Made by a program: the position numbers and the translations under genes. From contig JACQQD010000007.1 of the NCBI GenBank assembly GCA_016207165.1, forward strand, positions 1 to 35,268: a stretch of 35,268 nucleotides of DNA, read 5' to 3'. Source of the stretch: Candidatus Micrarchaeota archaeon (GTDB lineage: Archaea; Micrarchaeota; Micrarchaeia; Norongarragalinales; Norongarragalinaceae). This document shows, piece after piece, positions 34,523-35,268 of the stretch. Under the pieces are notes generated by a model. That model ran no database searches. It was not told the origin of the DNA and was given only the letters and a program-made list of their open reading frames with translations. Position 1 is the first letter of the stretch. Each line of letters starts with the position of its first letter.

Positions 34523-35268
34523 CACGCCCGCTTCGCATCGCCGTCGTCGAGCACCACGGCCATGAAAACGTTCGGACGCTGTTCCACGACTGGGCGGAAC
34601 GTAACGGGTACGCGGAGCCCGTGGTCTATAATGCCAGCGGAAAAGACCAAGAGCTACCGGACCACCGCAAGTACGACGTGTTGATTTACATGGGCGGCAC
34701 ACCCAACCTCCACGAAATCGACCAGCATCCCTGGATTTCTCGCGAACAAGCGCTCATGCGGCAGGCCGCGCAAGCCGGAAAAATCCAGTTGGGAATCTGT
34801 TTTGGGTCCCAAAACATGGCGGCAGCTTTTGGGGGAGGCGTCCACCAAAAGGCCAGACCTGTCCGGGAATGGGATGCCGTGACGCTGACGGCGAACGGAA
34901 AAAAATCCAAGGTGTTTCCACGAACCCCTGAAGCCATCCAGATGCTCCTCAACCACGAATACGGCTTGCACACGCCGCCAAATGCCCGCGTCACGCTGTG
35001 GGCGCAACACGCGCCCATGGCCTTTGAATTGCACGACGGCCGCACAGTCGGCATTTTGCCGCACCCCGAAGCCACACCCCAACGCGTCGAACTCGCGAGG
35101 AAAAATGCCAGACTCCTTATCCAACAAGGCCGCTTGGATGAAACGGAATTCCGGCGCATGGTGGACGGCATCCACGAATACGGCCCCGCCGCCAACGCCT
35201 ACCTTCTGGAACTGTTGGACAACATGGTGCGCCGTCACTACCCTCAAAATGCCCTCCCAATTAGCTAC
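34519..35268 (+). CDS. Second, divergent class I glutamine amidotransferase-like protein, truncated by the window edge
   Basis: Manual translation MTRPLRIAVVEHHGHE...YMGGTP...HPWI...GICFGSQ...LPHPE...LLDNMV; open to the window end, so absent from the ORF track. Confidence 0.85.
   Translation, partial: MTRPLRIAVVEHHGHENVRTLFHDWAERNGYAEPVVYNASGKDQELPDHRKYDVLIYMGGTPNLHEIDQHPWISREQALMRQAAQAGKIQLGICFGSQNMAAAFGGGVHQKARPVREWDAVTLTANGKKSKVFPRTPEAIQMLLNHEYGLHTPPNARVTLWAQHAPMAFELHDGRTVGILPHPEATPQRVELARKNARLLIQQGRLDETEFRRMVDGIHEYGPAANAYLLELLDNMVRRHYPQNALPISY

Noticed and set aside
34654-35247. Minus-strand ORFs of 197 and 169 aa at the window end
   Set aside because: Antisense shadows of the + strand amidotransferase gene that runs off the edge

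Overview
Chromosomal segment of an archaeon. Evidence: Orc1/Cdc6, Nop5-fibrillarin, ribosomal protein S17e, archaeal SepF, TATA-like promoters and a bulge-helix-bulge (BHB) tRNA intron. The non-canonical intron and many orphan ORFs would fit a DPANN/Micrarchaeota-like lineage, but that is inference. The window has a complete de novo UMP pathway (carAB, then argF-pyrB-pyrI-pyrF-pyrE, pyrC-pyrD-pyrK), two toxin-antitoxin modules (VapBC, HicBA), a TrmB-type regulator, a TrmJ-like SPOUT methylase, surface and membrane proteins, and two tandem glutamine amidotransferases. Four CDSs missing from the ORF track are added: a SWIB-like 52-aa protein, a rubredoxin-like 36-aa protein, and partial genes at both window edges. 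The most unusual signals are: (1) a three-copy family of TA-flanked paired palindromic units with compensatory changes and an inverted central junction in one copy; (2) a HicBA cassette bracketed by a 41-bp duplication of the fibrillarin 3' end; (3) tRNA-Gln(CTG) with a T-loop (59/60) intron in a perfect BHB; (4) a Nop5 lacking most of its N-terminal domain but carrying a long R/G/F/P repeat tail; (5) a multi-hairpin leader upstream of the argF-pyr operon. Protein calls come from motif recognition by eye; no database searches were run.
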